The notes under the pieces are model-generated. The model did not search any database. It saw only the letters and a list, made by a program, of their open reading frames with translations, and was not told the origin of the DNA. The position numbers were made by a program, and so were the translations under genes. From positions 740,922 through 804,921 of the forward strand of contig CM082579.2 of the NCBI GenBank assembly GCA_040954595.2: a DNA stretch of 64,000 nt, given 5' to 3'. The stretch is from Balanoglossus misakiensis (Eukaryota; Animalia; Hemichordata). Shown here one piece after another: positions 24,601-37,141 of this stretch. Position 1 is the stretch's first letter. Every line of letters begins with the position of its first letter.

Positions 24601-27414
24601 TAAATATTCTCTAGTTTATTCGGTAAAGTAAAAACATCGACACGGATAAAGCTTAAAACAGCACCCGACAGAGACACGAGACAGTGCTATTTTTAAATTC
24701 CTAATTATATTTAAGTATCAAGCATAAATTCGGCTCATAACTAAACGTGTGGGTCAGAGAGACCACACTTTGATTGTGGGGTTAGGATGCTGATATCCGA
24801 TCTTTATCTAGACTTTATATGATTGCTCAACGTTCTTCTCTTATAATTATTCTCCCTTTGATGTAAAGACCTAATCTTAGTAACGCGAATAAGGGTTGGA
24901 TGGGTGTGGCGGGGGTAGTACTTAATAATGCTGCCAAACATCATCTACACTCTCTAAGTAAGTTACACTTTACAACTAGTTAACTAGCCTACATTGCCCA
25001 TCTCTTTAACCTGGAGTCAATGTTTTCCCGATATTACCGTACTAAAGATATCGTCGTAAATAAAAGTAAATTTAAAACCATTTCATCCTGAATGACCCAT
25101 TTCTCCAGTGAAAATGTCTGCCAAGATGGTGATTTATGGTCATTTAAATCAGTTGACAAAACGTTTTGTTTTCAGAAAGGCACACATTATAAAAATGTGA
25201 AAGTTCTCATGAATTTTGAACTAAAGTCTAGTCTAGTGATCTGCAGTAAAGCACCATTTTGGATAATGTAGCTTCGAACTGTCATAACTCTCTTCAGTTC
25301 TGTGTCTACTTCGATGACAATCTACCTAAAGTGAACGGTAGCTTGAAAGATGATTGATATATGTTAAACAGAATCAGAATGTATGCATACCTCTTTCTCA
25401 TCAACTACTGTCTCGAAGAAACTTTGCCACTCTGATGTCAAAGTACAAATACCTGACCCACTTTCTTACTGTTTACATCTAAAGTGTAGTCTCTCCTACC
25501 TCTCTCTCTCACTCGCATTTTTGCTGAAATATCAACGAGTAAAATCATACGTTACAAGCTTTTGTCATTTATATCATGCGAACTCAAAGTCCCCAAATTC
25601 ACAAACATTTTTCTCCAAAAGAAAGTTTATTCAGAGGGGAAACGCTACCAACCATATGAGATTTCAAACTGATATGCGTCTATATGTACGTGTTTATGTG
25701 TTCAGTATACAAGTTGCAGTTGTCAGTGAAAGTTGGTGTAATTCTGGTCCCATTTTCATTTTCTCCGCACCTGTAGTTCGTAAATCACTCCAACTTGTCA
25801 AGAGAAACAATCTTTGTCCGTCTATCGTATGCTTCAGTCATTTAATGAGACAGAAGCGAGACGCCATTGGCGGAGACAGACGCCGTCTCACCGCACCGCT
25901 ATAAACGACTCTAGTGGTTCCTATTTCACATCTGAAGAAATTTTCAATCTCTCTGAATTATATTTCGCCGCTAGTTTTCACGTAAAGTTTAACCTCGACT
26001 CACCCCAGTGCCACACTGGCGCACTCACTGAGCCTTTCGGCCCATCTCTGCTGTGGGCACGGACAGAGTTGCCTACGTGCATAGCGACAACAACCAACAC
26101 GCGGCCTTTTAATGAAACCCACTGCAAGAGCTATAAATCCCCGTTACTATGGTATTTGTATGCGGGTGGCTTTAGTTCAATTTTTGTAATTGTCATTTTC
26201 AGCGTAAATGAAGATATTAGTACGCCCTCGGGGTGAATGGCGTTATCTCACAGCGGTAAACCGTGACTAGTGTGTTATCCTACTTCAGCGACCAAGTACG
26301 CAAGCGAAAAGTTTGATAAAAATTACTAACAAACGAGAAAGACCATGAACATTGACACAGAACCCAAGACTATTAATACTTTGATAGTGAGAACAACTGG
26401 TAGCGATCGATCACTGTACAAATTGATAAAGTACCGCACTAAGTATGTGTAATTTCATGACTTTAAAAAATAGTGCGCATATTTGATGGACGACTGGATT
26501 TACGAGTCGCCATAGAACTCTACTTCATAACTGATTACCGATTAGTCATAGAAACTTCGACGGGTATTGAGTAGTTACACGTTTTCAATCATTTACTGAG
26601 CTCTATTCTTGTGTGATCATGATCTCTCTACCCGTGGCCAAATAAGATCTAAACGAACAAACTTTTGGACACTTTGAATATTAACTTTTTAAAAGCTTGG
26701 CCACTCGGAGAAACTTACACGCACCTTCAACTTTAATGACCGGATCCAGACACCGATTTGGATCACTAACATCCATATAAGATCCAGAGACTTTGATAGT
26801 CAGTCCGTTTGTTTCCGACATGGTTGAAGACACGATGAAACGTTTGCGTTTGTCTGTTCCAGTAGGACTTGCATATTAAATGTTGTCAACTTTCAAGAGG
26901 TTAATTGTTCTAACAGATGTACCGGTACTTTTCACAAGGCTATATCTATTGCGCACTTTCACCGTGGCTATTCATCAGACTCTTCAGTGAAAGGTTTATG
27001 GTGATTTTACGAACCGACGTAAACGCTCTCTGCTTTTACCATTTTTCAACAGATTCTATCGAACATAAATGCCTACAATTCAATACACTGAAAGTTCACA
27101 TAAAATGCGATTTCATCTAGCTTGCTGAATGCTAACTTTAAATGGATGGTTTTGACAAGTCTTATTAATACCTGGAAACTTTTACTTCCGATAAAATTGT
27201 GCCGCTCAGCCAAAAAGTTGGCGATTAATCATCATAAACTTCCAATTTTAAATAATCCAATTTCATTCTTTGAAAGTCTAAAGCAGAAAAAAACTTAAGA
27301 CGAAGAGTCTATTTTCATACTAAGAACACTACTTGACGTATTCATCGTATGTTAACTATACAGCTTTCGGGGCCGTAATTCTGGAAACTTAAAACGTGTT
27401 TCCCCGAAGTAATG

Positions 27415-27510
27415 TCAACCAATCATCAGCGGTCTGTGCGTGGAACTGCCCGTACGCTGACGTCACAGTTCACCGTAAACCAGATCTGTGTTATGTTTTA
27501 TAAGGTGCTG
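27415..27510 (+). promoter_or_regulatory. Putative proximal promoter of the cadherin/LamG gene: CCAAT box, perfect CRE, TATA-like element
   Basis: CCAAT at 27419, TGACGTCA at 27458-27465 and TTTATAAGG at ~27498, in canonical order 110-200 nt upstream of the ATG at 27617. Confidence 0.4.
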
Positions 27511-27616
27511 TAAGCCGAACTGCGTTTAATTTTGCACGAGCTGGCGATCGGAACGGACGTCTTATACAAGCTGTTTCTATGACGCCTTGCTGATTGTAAC
27601 TGAATGAAATTCAACG

Positions 27617-30600
27617 ATGTATATTTTGTGGATTGGTTTTAGAATCAGTCACTTGGTGGTTTTGATTCTCGGTTACCTGTTACTGAATCCTCAAAGCGGA
27701 GTGGATTCATTACAACCTGAACAGATATCTTGTAATCCGTTCATCGTCGGTGGTGGAGCAGTGCCGCTAATTGCCAGGCAATCCTACCAGTGGTTTGAAC
27801 ATTCAGGATTCACGTCGTACTTGGTAAGCATTAAGATTACAACATCAAGAAAGCTACAACCATCCAACTCGAAGTGTATGTTACTTGTTAATGAATGGAA
27901 ACGTCATCATCAATTTCACGTGATTATTTCATAAACTCTATTTTCAATTGTGCGTATATGTTTGGATATATGCCAATGGAAATGTTCGCATCAACTGCCA
28001 TGACCTACACAATCAACTCATATAATGATCTGTTTGCCTCGCTGTAACTGACTTAACAACAAATCATTCGCTTACACGAACTTGATATCGTCTCAATCTT
28101 GTTGTATGATCTGTACTTTTTTTTCAGTTTGCACGTGTACGAATAACGACGAACACACCTGACCGGCCATACGAGACTTTAGCGCCCTCATCGTCGAACG
28201 GACTGTCATACAATATTCGGAGTGGATGTAAGAAATATATATTCAAGTTTGACATTTTGAAACGATCAAAAGTTAATAGGATTCATCCGAACTTAACACG
28301 TGTTAAACCAATATGCTGTTATTTGACCGTAGTAAAGCATACTTAACGCAGTTGTTGTTTTCGCCTTGCAGCATTGTCAATAACAGGTAATGCTCGCGCT
28401 TCGCTTTACAACGAAGTCTTGAAAAAAGTTTACTACGACAATACTGCCGAAACTCCGGACCCGACTACTCGTTGGTGAGTTTGAAGTCTTCATGATCTCA
28501 CACCTACACATACACTTATCAACAACCGTAGACAAGTTGTTCTGTGATATTATGACAACTGACTTGCAAACGTGCTATGTGTTTTCTGGACATTGACTAA
28601 TATAATGTTCTATAATTCAATGATAAATTTCTCAGCATTATTGAAACATCGCTCTCTTCCAGTATTGAAATAGCATTATATCACAACGGACAGTCCAGTT
28701 CGTATGTTTGCAATGTGGCAATTGTACATGGTCCAATCAGTACATCACCGCCTCCCTTTCAGGTAAGTGGTTCCAACGTGTTACATGCTGTCAGTGCCAC
28801 ACACAACACCTCTATAGGTATCTACGCACTAAAACCCAATTGCAATGTAGACTCGTATAGACCGAGCAAAATAAGTAAACCTTGTTTATAAAATGCACTT
28901 TCTTCTGTATGTCTATATTCTATTTCCATAAGCAACCCTCGAAATTCATTCATGATTTAATGTTTCAGAGCACGGTGTCCTCTACTCAACGCCCAGCTCC
29001 TTTGAGAGACAAAGAAATCCACGTGCAACTACGAGAACACCAGAACGAGGGATACTTGCTGGCTGATTTCTCTGACTTCTTCACCGATTATGAAAATATC
29101 GAAATGCGCTTGGAGAACATTTCTGGCATCTCACGAACTGAACCCAAACAAGTGACGGATTTGTCAGATAGTGACCTTTTCTTTCGCAACCTCACTGATC
29201 GAAAACTTTGTATTGGTAAGGAAAACACACTACTCGACCACGAACGTTTTTCGACCGTCATTGTGAGAATATTCGTGACCGTGGTTGCTGATGGACAGAA
29301 TTACTATGATCTGTGCAACATTACATTAATAACAGACATATTAGATGCAAATGATAACTGTCCAGTGTTTTTGATCGATAGAATGATCAATGAGACAACA
29401 TTTCCAATAAGCCATTCCAATAATTCCTTGACTATCACCGTTGTGGAGGAAATCCCAATCGGCACCGAAGTTCTTCCAATTTTCGTCGAAGATGCTGATT
29501 CTGTTGCAAACGCAAACGTCTACTGTGAACTTTCTGGTTCCGAAGTCTCAGCATTTTTCGAACTTAGCAATGAGACCGGTCACATGCGAACAGCGGGGAG
29601 GCTTGACAGAGAAAACGTTAGTTGGTTCGAGTTCTTCATCACAGGGACTGATGACGGAACGCCGCCATGTTGGAGCAAGTTGCACGTGATCATTCAATTG
29701 GATGACGTCAACGACAACGCTCCTCGATTTCAACATACACATTACGTCACATACTTGGCTGAAGATACGCCGGTCGGCTCATTGGTTCTAACGGTTACAG
29801 CTGTCGATGATGACGACGGAGAAAATGCAAATGTGTCATACATTATCGACTGGAACGATCATTTCCAGATGGATAGTCTAACAGGAATTATCTCACTTCG
29901 ATCGGCCGTCGACTATGAAAATCTTGTTGAAAATCCTGTTGTGTTGAACATTACTGCCAGAGACAATGGGCCAGTCACCATGGAAACTGTTGTGAAATTT
30001 GAAGCCTTCATTTTGGATGTAAATGACAATGCACCAGAATTTGATGTCGATAGTTACAACGTGACAATCAGAGACAATCTACGCAACCACTCCTCAATTG
30101 TGCAATTTCTTGTGACCGATGTGGATACCAATACTGGTGGAGAATTTCATTTATTTCTGAAAAACGATTACAACATGTTTGGCATCTCCCCAAACGGCAC
30201 ACTTTTCCTCGAGAGAGATTTTGACTCCCGATTTTTCGTGAACGATTCGTTCACCTTGGAAGTGGTTGCTGAGGATCATGGGAATCCAATTCTCTCATCA
30301 ACAGCGACAGTTCACGTGACCATTCAGTATGTTGAAAATAATACAACTAACAATGAAGCGTTTTCAAACAAAACGTTTCATTTTGTTGAAGGACAGGTTT
30401 TCCTGTCGGTTAATATGACATTTACTGAACCACTACCAGATGTAGTCAGTGGTGTCCAAATCAAACTGGATCCATGCGGGGAGACCGAAGAAGAGGAAAG
30501 AACCAGTCCAAAAGCAGTGTGTCCGCAGGAAAAAGACAAGTTGCAGAAAATAAAAGCTTGCGGATATCCTTCAGCGCTCCACGTGTCAGACAAGGAAAGG

Positions 30601-33600
30601 TTGGCGATGCGCCCACGACGTCGTCATGACAACGATGATGTTCTGACATTTGATGGGACGCAGCAATATGCTGTGTATATGGGACAGGTGCCTGGTCTTT
30701 CAATCCGACCGAACATGTCCTCCACAATCTTCATTTGGTTTTCCCTTTCAAAACTTCCCGGCAGCCCACATGAATGTATGACGTTGATTTCACAAAACTA
30801 TTTCACCCGTAGGTTAGTGTACGCACTGCATCTTGGTTACAACGGTACCCTTGAATTTTTCTACAGAACAACATGGAGAATCGAAAAGACAATATTTCGA
30901 GATTTTCATCTGGAGGTGAATGAATGGTATCAGCTCACCCTAGTCGTGATCAGTCAAAGCGGATTTTCGCCGTCCTCGGTAGAAATATTCTTGAACGGCG
31001 AATCTAGAGGTAAAGCTTGTATTCACCAACCTCTCTTCCAAAATGGAATATTCCACATAGGTGCGTCACCTACGACAACAGGGAGCATCGTAAATCATTT
31101 TAGGGGGAGGATAAGGTCGATAATAGTGAGTAACGGTCAGACCAATGAGGAACAGTTGAGGTGCGTTTTCTGTTGCGAAGAGTGGCTAAGGGTGAGCTCA
31201 GTACCCCATGTCCTCGCAAGATACGATGAAAGTTCCAAAAATCTCCGAATCCACGGCGAAGCTGACGGCCAAAAATACAACGAAATCCTCGGCAGTCTGG
31301 TATACATCAACGCTCGGGAACAAATCCCGTACACCTGCCGAGGACTGAATGTAACCTTTCCCTTCCAGACCCCGCATCAACAAAGCAGACGAGTTGTGAA
31401 GTTCCACCTATTAAATGATTTTGCGCCCGAACTTAGACTGAACGGAAAAACTTCGGCAAATTTTACGACGTATTTTGGCACAAACCAGAGGGCCATTGCA
31501 ATTGTCAATTCGTCTTCGCTTAGCATCAGCGATGGTGATGGCGGAGAGTGGACATATACAGTTGAAGTAAGCCTAGCAACGATACAGACCGAGAAAGGCA
31601 TAAATGAGGAATTGTCGAGTCCCTTGGGGTGCCTTTTTATTCAAAACCCGTCCAGAAATTTCAGCCAGGTTTTCACCGGTGACAAATTTGTACTACAAGG
31701 CCATGCCAGAGCGTCTGAATTGGAATCAGAATTGAGAAAACTAGTGTTTGATACTGATTTGATTTTAGCTGGAACTGGGCTGATTTTTCAGTTCGTTGTT
31801 CGTGATGGCGCTTTTTCCAGCGCTCCCGTGTACGCGGTTATATCGTCTGCTCAGCGAAATCGAACCATTCCATCAAAGAATTGTACACTTTATGAATCGA
31901 ACCACCCAGTCGTTCATATGAGTATTTCTGCACGTGACCTGGAAGAAATGGCGACTGAAGAACAATGGCCGACTTCTGTGAAATTTCTCCTCGCCGAGAA
32001 ATACGACGGAAATAAAGAATATCTCAGCTGTGATCCACAACCTGACGGGTTCAGCTGCGTCGTCAATAGCAACGAAACCGAAACCAGCATTCTGTGTAAG
32101 AGAAACCAAACCAGAGAAATAACCATGGAAACAATAACAGCGCTGTTTGATGCCATCCGATACAACAATAACAAAATGCAAAACATCTACTTACTACAGC
32201 CTTCGCTCAGGAATAGGTGAGTCATGAATTGTATCTTAATTCAGAGGATATGATATCAAAATGTGAAAATATTTTGCTTTTGGCTGAACATCTATTACTT
32301 TGCGCTGACTGGACATTCAATGCCAAAATTAAGAATATATTTCAGTATCATCATATAAAAATGCTTTTTGTTATGTTTTCAGAGTTGTCAACGCTTTCTT
32401 CTTTTACGGAGGAAATGAGAAACTTGTATTGATATATGAAATAATTTTCGACGCGAGCTGCACAATGGAGAATCAGTTTATAGCGACGAACAGAATGGAG
32501 TTGGAGGCTCTGGGAGTGTGTACAAGACTTCTTGCACAGAGAGGAGTTTTGATTACCTGTGAGAACGACCCTGACAATTGTGACATCACAACATTCACAT
32601 CGTTGAAAATGGTTCAGGTAAGTGTATTTACAGTATATGTGGATTCGTATTGTCGGATGGGCCTGTTTCAGGTACAGGTACATGGCACCTGCAAATACCT
32701 GGCCAATACTCATCGCTGACTTGTTTATCACTCTCAGAAACCATGCAGGATTAAACTATTTTACTTCACATTTATCTCGTTTTGTTTCTGGCAGGAGATA
32801 TCAGGGGAACTCTCAGTGGTCCGAGTGCCCACAGTCCGAAATCTGTCTGGATTGGATCAGTTGCATCGTCTTGGTGGGATAGTGTTGCAACGGAACCAGA
32901 ATCTGACGTCAGTTGATATCTGTAACGGTGTCCATGGATACGATAATACGTCCATTGGAAGGATTGATGTCAGAAATAATCCCAAATTGCAAAATTTATC
33001 TATTCTGCGAAAAGTGCAACACATTACAGGTAATTAGTTGATGTCTAGGTCAACGTTTATATGTTTCGTTTTATTTTTTTTTAGAGAAAGAGAAATTATA
33101 TGTCTATCCGCTTGACATACTTGTTTCAACAGAAATAGGAATGAAGATTTACGGTTATTTTGTGTCCATCTCACAGGTGATCTCCGACTTGAAAGAAACC
33201 TTCAACTGAACGACTTGACAACACTTGAAAACGTGGAAACGGTCGAAGGTGACGTGTATTTAATGTCATCTCAACTACTGACGTTGGGGGCGCTGAACAA
33301 TTTGAGGGAAATAAGTGGTTCGTTGAACATCGTTGGAAACCAGGTAAGTTTTGGTGTTACCTATTGTCGCGGAGTTAACAGTATAAGATGAATTTGTCAC
33401 CGATATATAATGGAAGTTTGGACAGCGAAATTAGTAGACATATTCCGGAGACATGTGGCATTATTAGTGTTAATTGTTTAAGAAAATAATCAGAGAAGTT
33501 TCAGATGCTGTTTGACGACGACAAAACTTCAAAGTGTCTATGACTTCTATTTCTCTTGTTTATGTTCTAATGCACAAATTATCGTTGACACACAGGAATT

Positions 33601-34460
33601 GCGGAATTTGAGCGGAATGAATAGTCTGGAGTCCATTGGCGGGAATCTGTTGGTCTTGTATAACCCAAAGCTTAACCACATCGATGCACTCTCGAGACTG
33701 GGCCATGTCGGCGGTCGAATTTACATACAAGGCAATATACGCTTGTGTTATATGCTCAACGTCACTGTTAACACGCAGTATTTTCAGGTTGGTTGTTTGA
33801 AATAAATGTTATCACTCTTTTTTGTCTAATGTGAAGTATGGAGATATAGTCTCGTGCTAGTAACCATTGCTAACTGAAACATTTTCATAATACTGATGTA
33901 ATGATAACAGCACTAATGAAGAACAAAATGATCATCTTCAAAAATCTCACGAGAAATTGGACAAAAATGCGCCCTCTTGCGCCGAGCTCAATACTAGATA
34001 GTGATACCCTGTGCGGTGAATGTGTGTATGGCACGCTTAGAAAGGGAAGCAATTTGCGATAAATATAGGAAAACTGATTAATTTTGACCCATTCTGATGA
34101 CATACACTCGACCTTATTGATTGATATCGCCCTCTTCGTTTGCAGGACAAGCTATCACGTGGTCTGCAGTGGAACGATTTCATCCAATTATATGCCAAGT
34201 GTTCGGCCCGCACGTGTGACACAAACCCATGCCAGAATGACGCCGCCTGTCAGGACGATCAAACCAATGGCTACTCCTGCGACTGTCAATCAAGCGATCA
34301 CTATGGCAACAGTTGTGAATATGTAAACGAGTGCAGGTCATTTCCATGCCAACACGGTGGGTTATGTTCAGACGATCTGTTTGGGTTCCGCTGTCATTGT
34401 GATGCGTTCTATACAGGTAGAACCTGTGAAAATTTCATAGAAAATGAATTGAAGAAATAA
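27617..34460 (+). CDS. Predicted secreted mosaic protein (~1633 aa): signal peptide, 4 cadherin repeats, calsyntenin-like LamG and C-terminal-type repeats, receptor-L-like LRR region, 2 EGF domains
   Basis: Ten GT-AG exons in consistent phase: 27617-27823, 28128-28227, 28372-28474, 28663-28762, 28969-32216, 32383-32617, 32795-33029, 33177-33343, 33596-33787, 34146-34460 (4902 nt). Cadherin motifs LDRE/VDYE and DxNDNxP (x3). LamG signature (LTFDG..., EWYQLTLV, IFLNG, FRGRIRSI). LRR pattern LxxLxxIxGxLxIxxNxxL. EGF motifs CDTNPCQNDAAC and NECRSFPCQHGGLC. Confidence 0.85.
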
Positions 34461-37039
34461 AACTTTCACTAAACCAGACAACATTGGGATGAAACTGGCT
34501 TGAAGCACATCAAGAGATTCTTCTGAATAATTATTTACATTTAAAATATTCAGCAAGTTGACGGCTGTCCGTCCAGGACAGTAACATAGGCTAATGTTTA
34601 CTGAATAAACGCCGGCCAGCCAGCCACGCATCTACATCATTGATAACTAACACTATCATGCATCATATAGCTCAAACATCGAATTTGGATAAATTTATCG
34701 ACCATTCATTATATTCGTCGAATTTTAGTCCATTTTTGATCTGAATAACTTTATAAATAGACGGAGTTATTATCCATCGTTTTATGTGATGTCATATATT
34801 AGTGGTACACTATATATGTGAGTATATTTACTTCAGGTTGGAATTTAGCGGATCACTGTTTTGTATTCTATTAGACTATTCCAGAGTTTTCAGCTGATTA
34901 ATCAGGCTTTCTACATTAAACGGTTAAAGACATTTTCCTGTCTTGGTTTCATTTTTACAACAATCTATCACTGCACATCAATGTCATATCAGACAATGTA
35001 CAATTCACCATCTTGGAAGTTGAACGGAGATGAGAGATGGCGTTCAGACTTTACAATGACTCCAAGTCATTTGATTTCTTCAAATACCTAAACACTGAGC
35101 AGATTACTCGCTGTGCATTTCAAAGAAAATGTATGAAATATCGCGATATAAACAATCAATTTTGTTGCGGAAAGGTTTACGGTGGACAAACGGAAAGAGA
35201 CGAGGAACGGCGTCAGCCGTCTGTTCCGAGAAAAGTTATCTCTCTCCTCCAATAACTCAATTAGGGTGGTGCCTATTGAGGATGAATACTGCCACAAAAG
35301 AAACTTGTGTCCGTCATTGTAAGAAAGTTGTTTATATGACCAGGGTGAATAGAGATGGCACAGCTCGGCTCTCAGTGGCAATATCGGTGACATAAAGCGG
35401 CGATTGGGAGACCATATCCAGCGGTGCTCTTCTGTGATTAAAAGAGCTGGTAATTGGATTACGTTTAATTTTCAAAATGCGCTTCTGAGAGACTTGCAAT
35501 CATCGTGTTTGGAATTGAAAGAATTGCCTCCGATGAACTCACGGTGCAGTTTCTTTTGTTGAGATTCCAACTTATTGTTGGATGTCGCTGCGAGAAATTG
35601 CCCCGCTATCATCCAAATTTGTTTTCTAAATATTACTTTCATCAACCTATCCTGCTCGATTAAATAAGAAAAATAGAAAAAAAGTATAAACACAGACGAA
35701 GCTCCTCATCCGAACGGGTTAGTTTCAACACATCTATTTCCTTGTTGAACACAATATTGCGTTGTTGCAACCTAAGTTGCTCAGAATTCTCCACGTTTTC
35801 ACCACGGCCGTGTCTTTCGATGGACTCTGGTCACGTGATAATCCCAATTGCTGCTTGAACACAGTCTGAACTGGGGTCAGGGGTCAAATGGATGAACTCG
35901 AACAAATGCTAAAACCGTAGTTGTATATATGGGCCCACTCGATAAGCGGCATGCTATACATGGAGCCAGTTCATACGATTGTAGTTTGAAAGGCCGCATA
36001 TTATTATTTGTTCAATAAAATCTACTGGAGGAGATTTCTTGGGTGAATCACTCTAAACTACTCGAAGTTTAATCCTTTGCTTCGATCTTGGAGCTCACCA
36101 CAATACTCATCTCTAATTTTGCAGACCCATGTTTCCGTTGAATACAAATCCCACCATTTTCGTTTATTGCCCATATCGCTTTAATAGGGTTTCCCCTAAC
36201 GAGATTCATATGAGCTTGCTCCTTTGTCGCAGTCAGCGAGACTTTTGTCAGTGGATTTAGTGGAGTAAAGAATTTGTGTATTATAATTTGTGAATACAAT
36301 CCAGCGTTGGACAACTAGTCGTCTGCCGCTCGATTCTATGGGGACTCATTGTCTAAGTCTCTTACAATCAGAGGGCTTGGAATTCCTAAATCTGCGTTAC
36401 ATACACATCTGTTCATTCTGCAGATACAAATCTCTTATATGTTCCTATCATACAGGATAGTGAGTTTAAAGCATTGTTCCTCTTGGCGTTGTACATTTCA
36501 GAGTTATAAATAATGAAATGTACAATATGTCAGTTCTCGCTGCAGGGTGTAATGTATTAAAGTTTGAAGGGCTGATTTTCAATCATTTGGAATAAAATCG
36601 TTTGCTTCAACAGCACTGCTGGTTTAGATGCAATTTAATAGGAAGCTCCAACTTACGTTGTTTGATCTGTGTTTGGTTTCTACTTGTGGCAGGGAATAAG
36701 TTTCCTGTTCTAACGTATTAGTATTTTATAGCCCATGGCCGCCCAGTGTTGACAGAAGTTTCATGCGAAAATAAAGTGTGAAAGCGATAGTAATCAAGTC
36801 TTCCGTTACTAATCTCTGTTTTGATGTGACAACAGATTCACTGATGCAGAAACAAGGGGAATCAAAGAGAGCAAGATGGTTGACCAAACCGGAGATAGAG
36901 TATTCCCTGGATAGACTAACAAAGTCTGCGATTTAAATGGTGATACAACTGCACGTTCACGGTCTAATACATGTTACAACAAACAAAATTAATCGCTGGC
37001 GTGTGCATGCAAATTGCGCTAGATTCCGGTTTGAATGTT

Positions 37040-37141
37040 TAATTGATTGATTTTTGGTTGGTTGGTTGATTGATTGATTGATTGATTGAGAAAGGGAGGG
37101 AGGGAGGGAGGGAGGGAGGGAGGGAGGGAGGGAGGGAGGGA
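37040..37141. repeat. (TTGA)n/(TTGG)n tract followed by (GGGA)12 microsatellite
   Basis: Directly visible; the GGGA tract spans 37094-37141. Confidence 0.95.

Noticed and set aside
19400-27400. Short ORFs (e.g. 20727-21008, 21898-22227, 22644-23015, 25383-26236) as genes or transposon remnants
   Set aside because: No recognisable domain motifs, no consistent splice structure and no terminal repeats that I could identify by eye. Decayed TEs cannot be excluded without a repeat-library search.
28882-28968. ORF-track start of the 1112-aa cadherin ORF
   Set aside because: It begins at a TTG within intron 4. A canonical acceptor at 28968 joins in phase to four upstream exons that supply the signal peptide.
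35037-35395. Cys-containing short ORFs downstream of the mosaic gene as extra exons
   Set aside because: The upstream gene already ends at a stop (34460), and these ORFs show no recognisable domain pattern or convincing splice sites.
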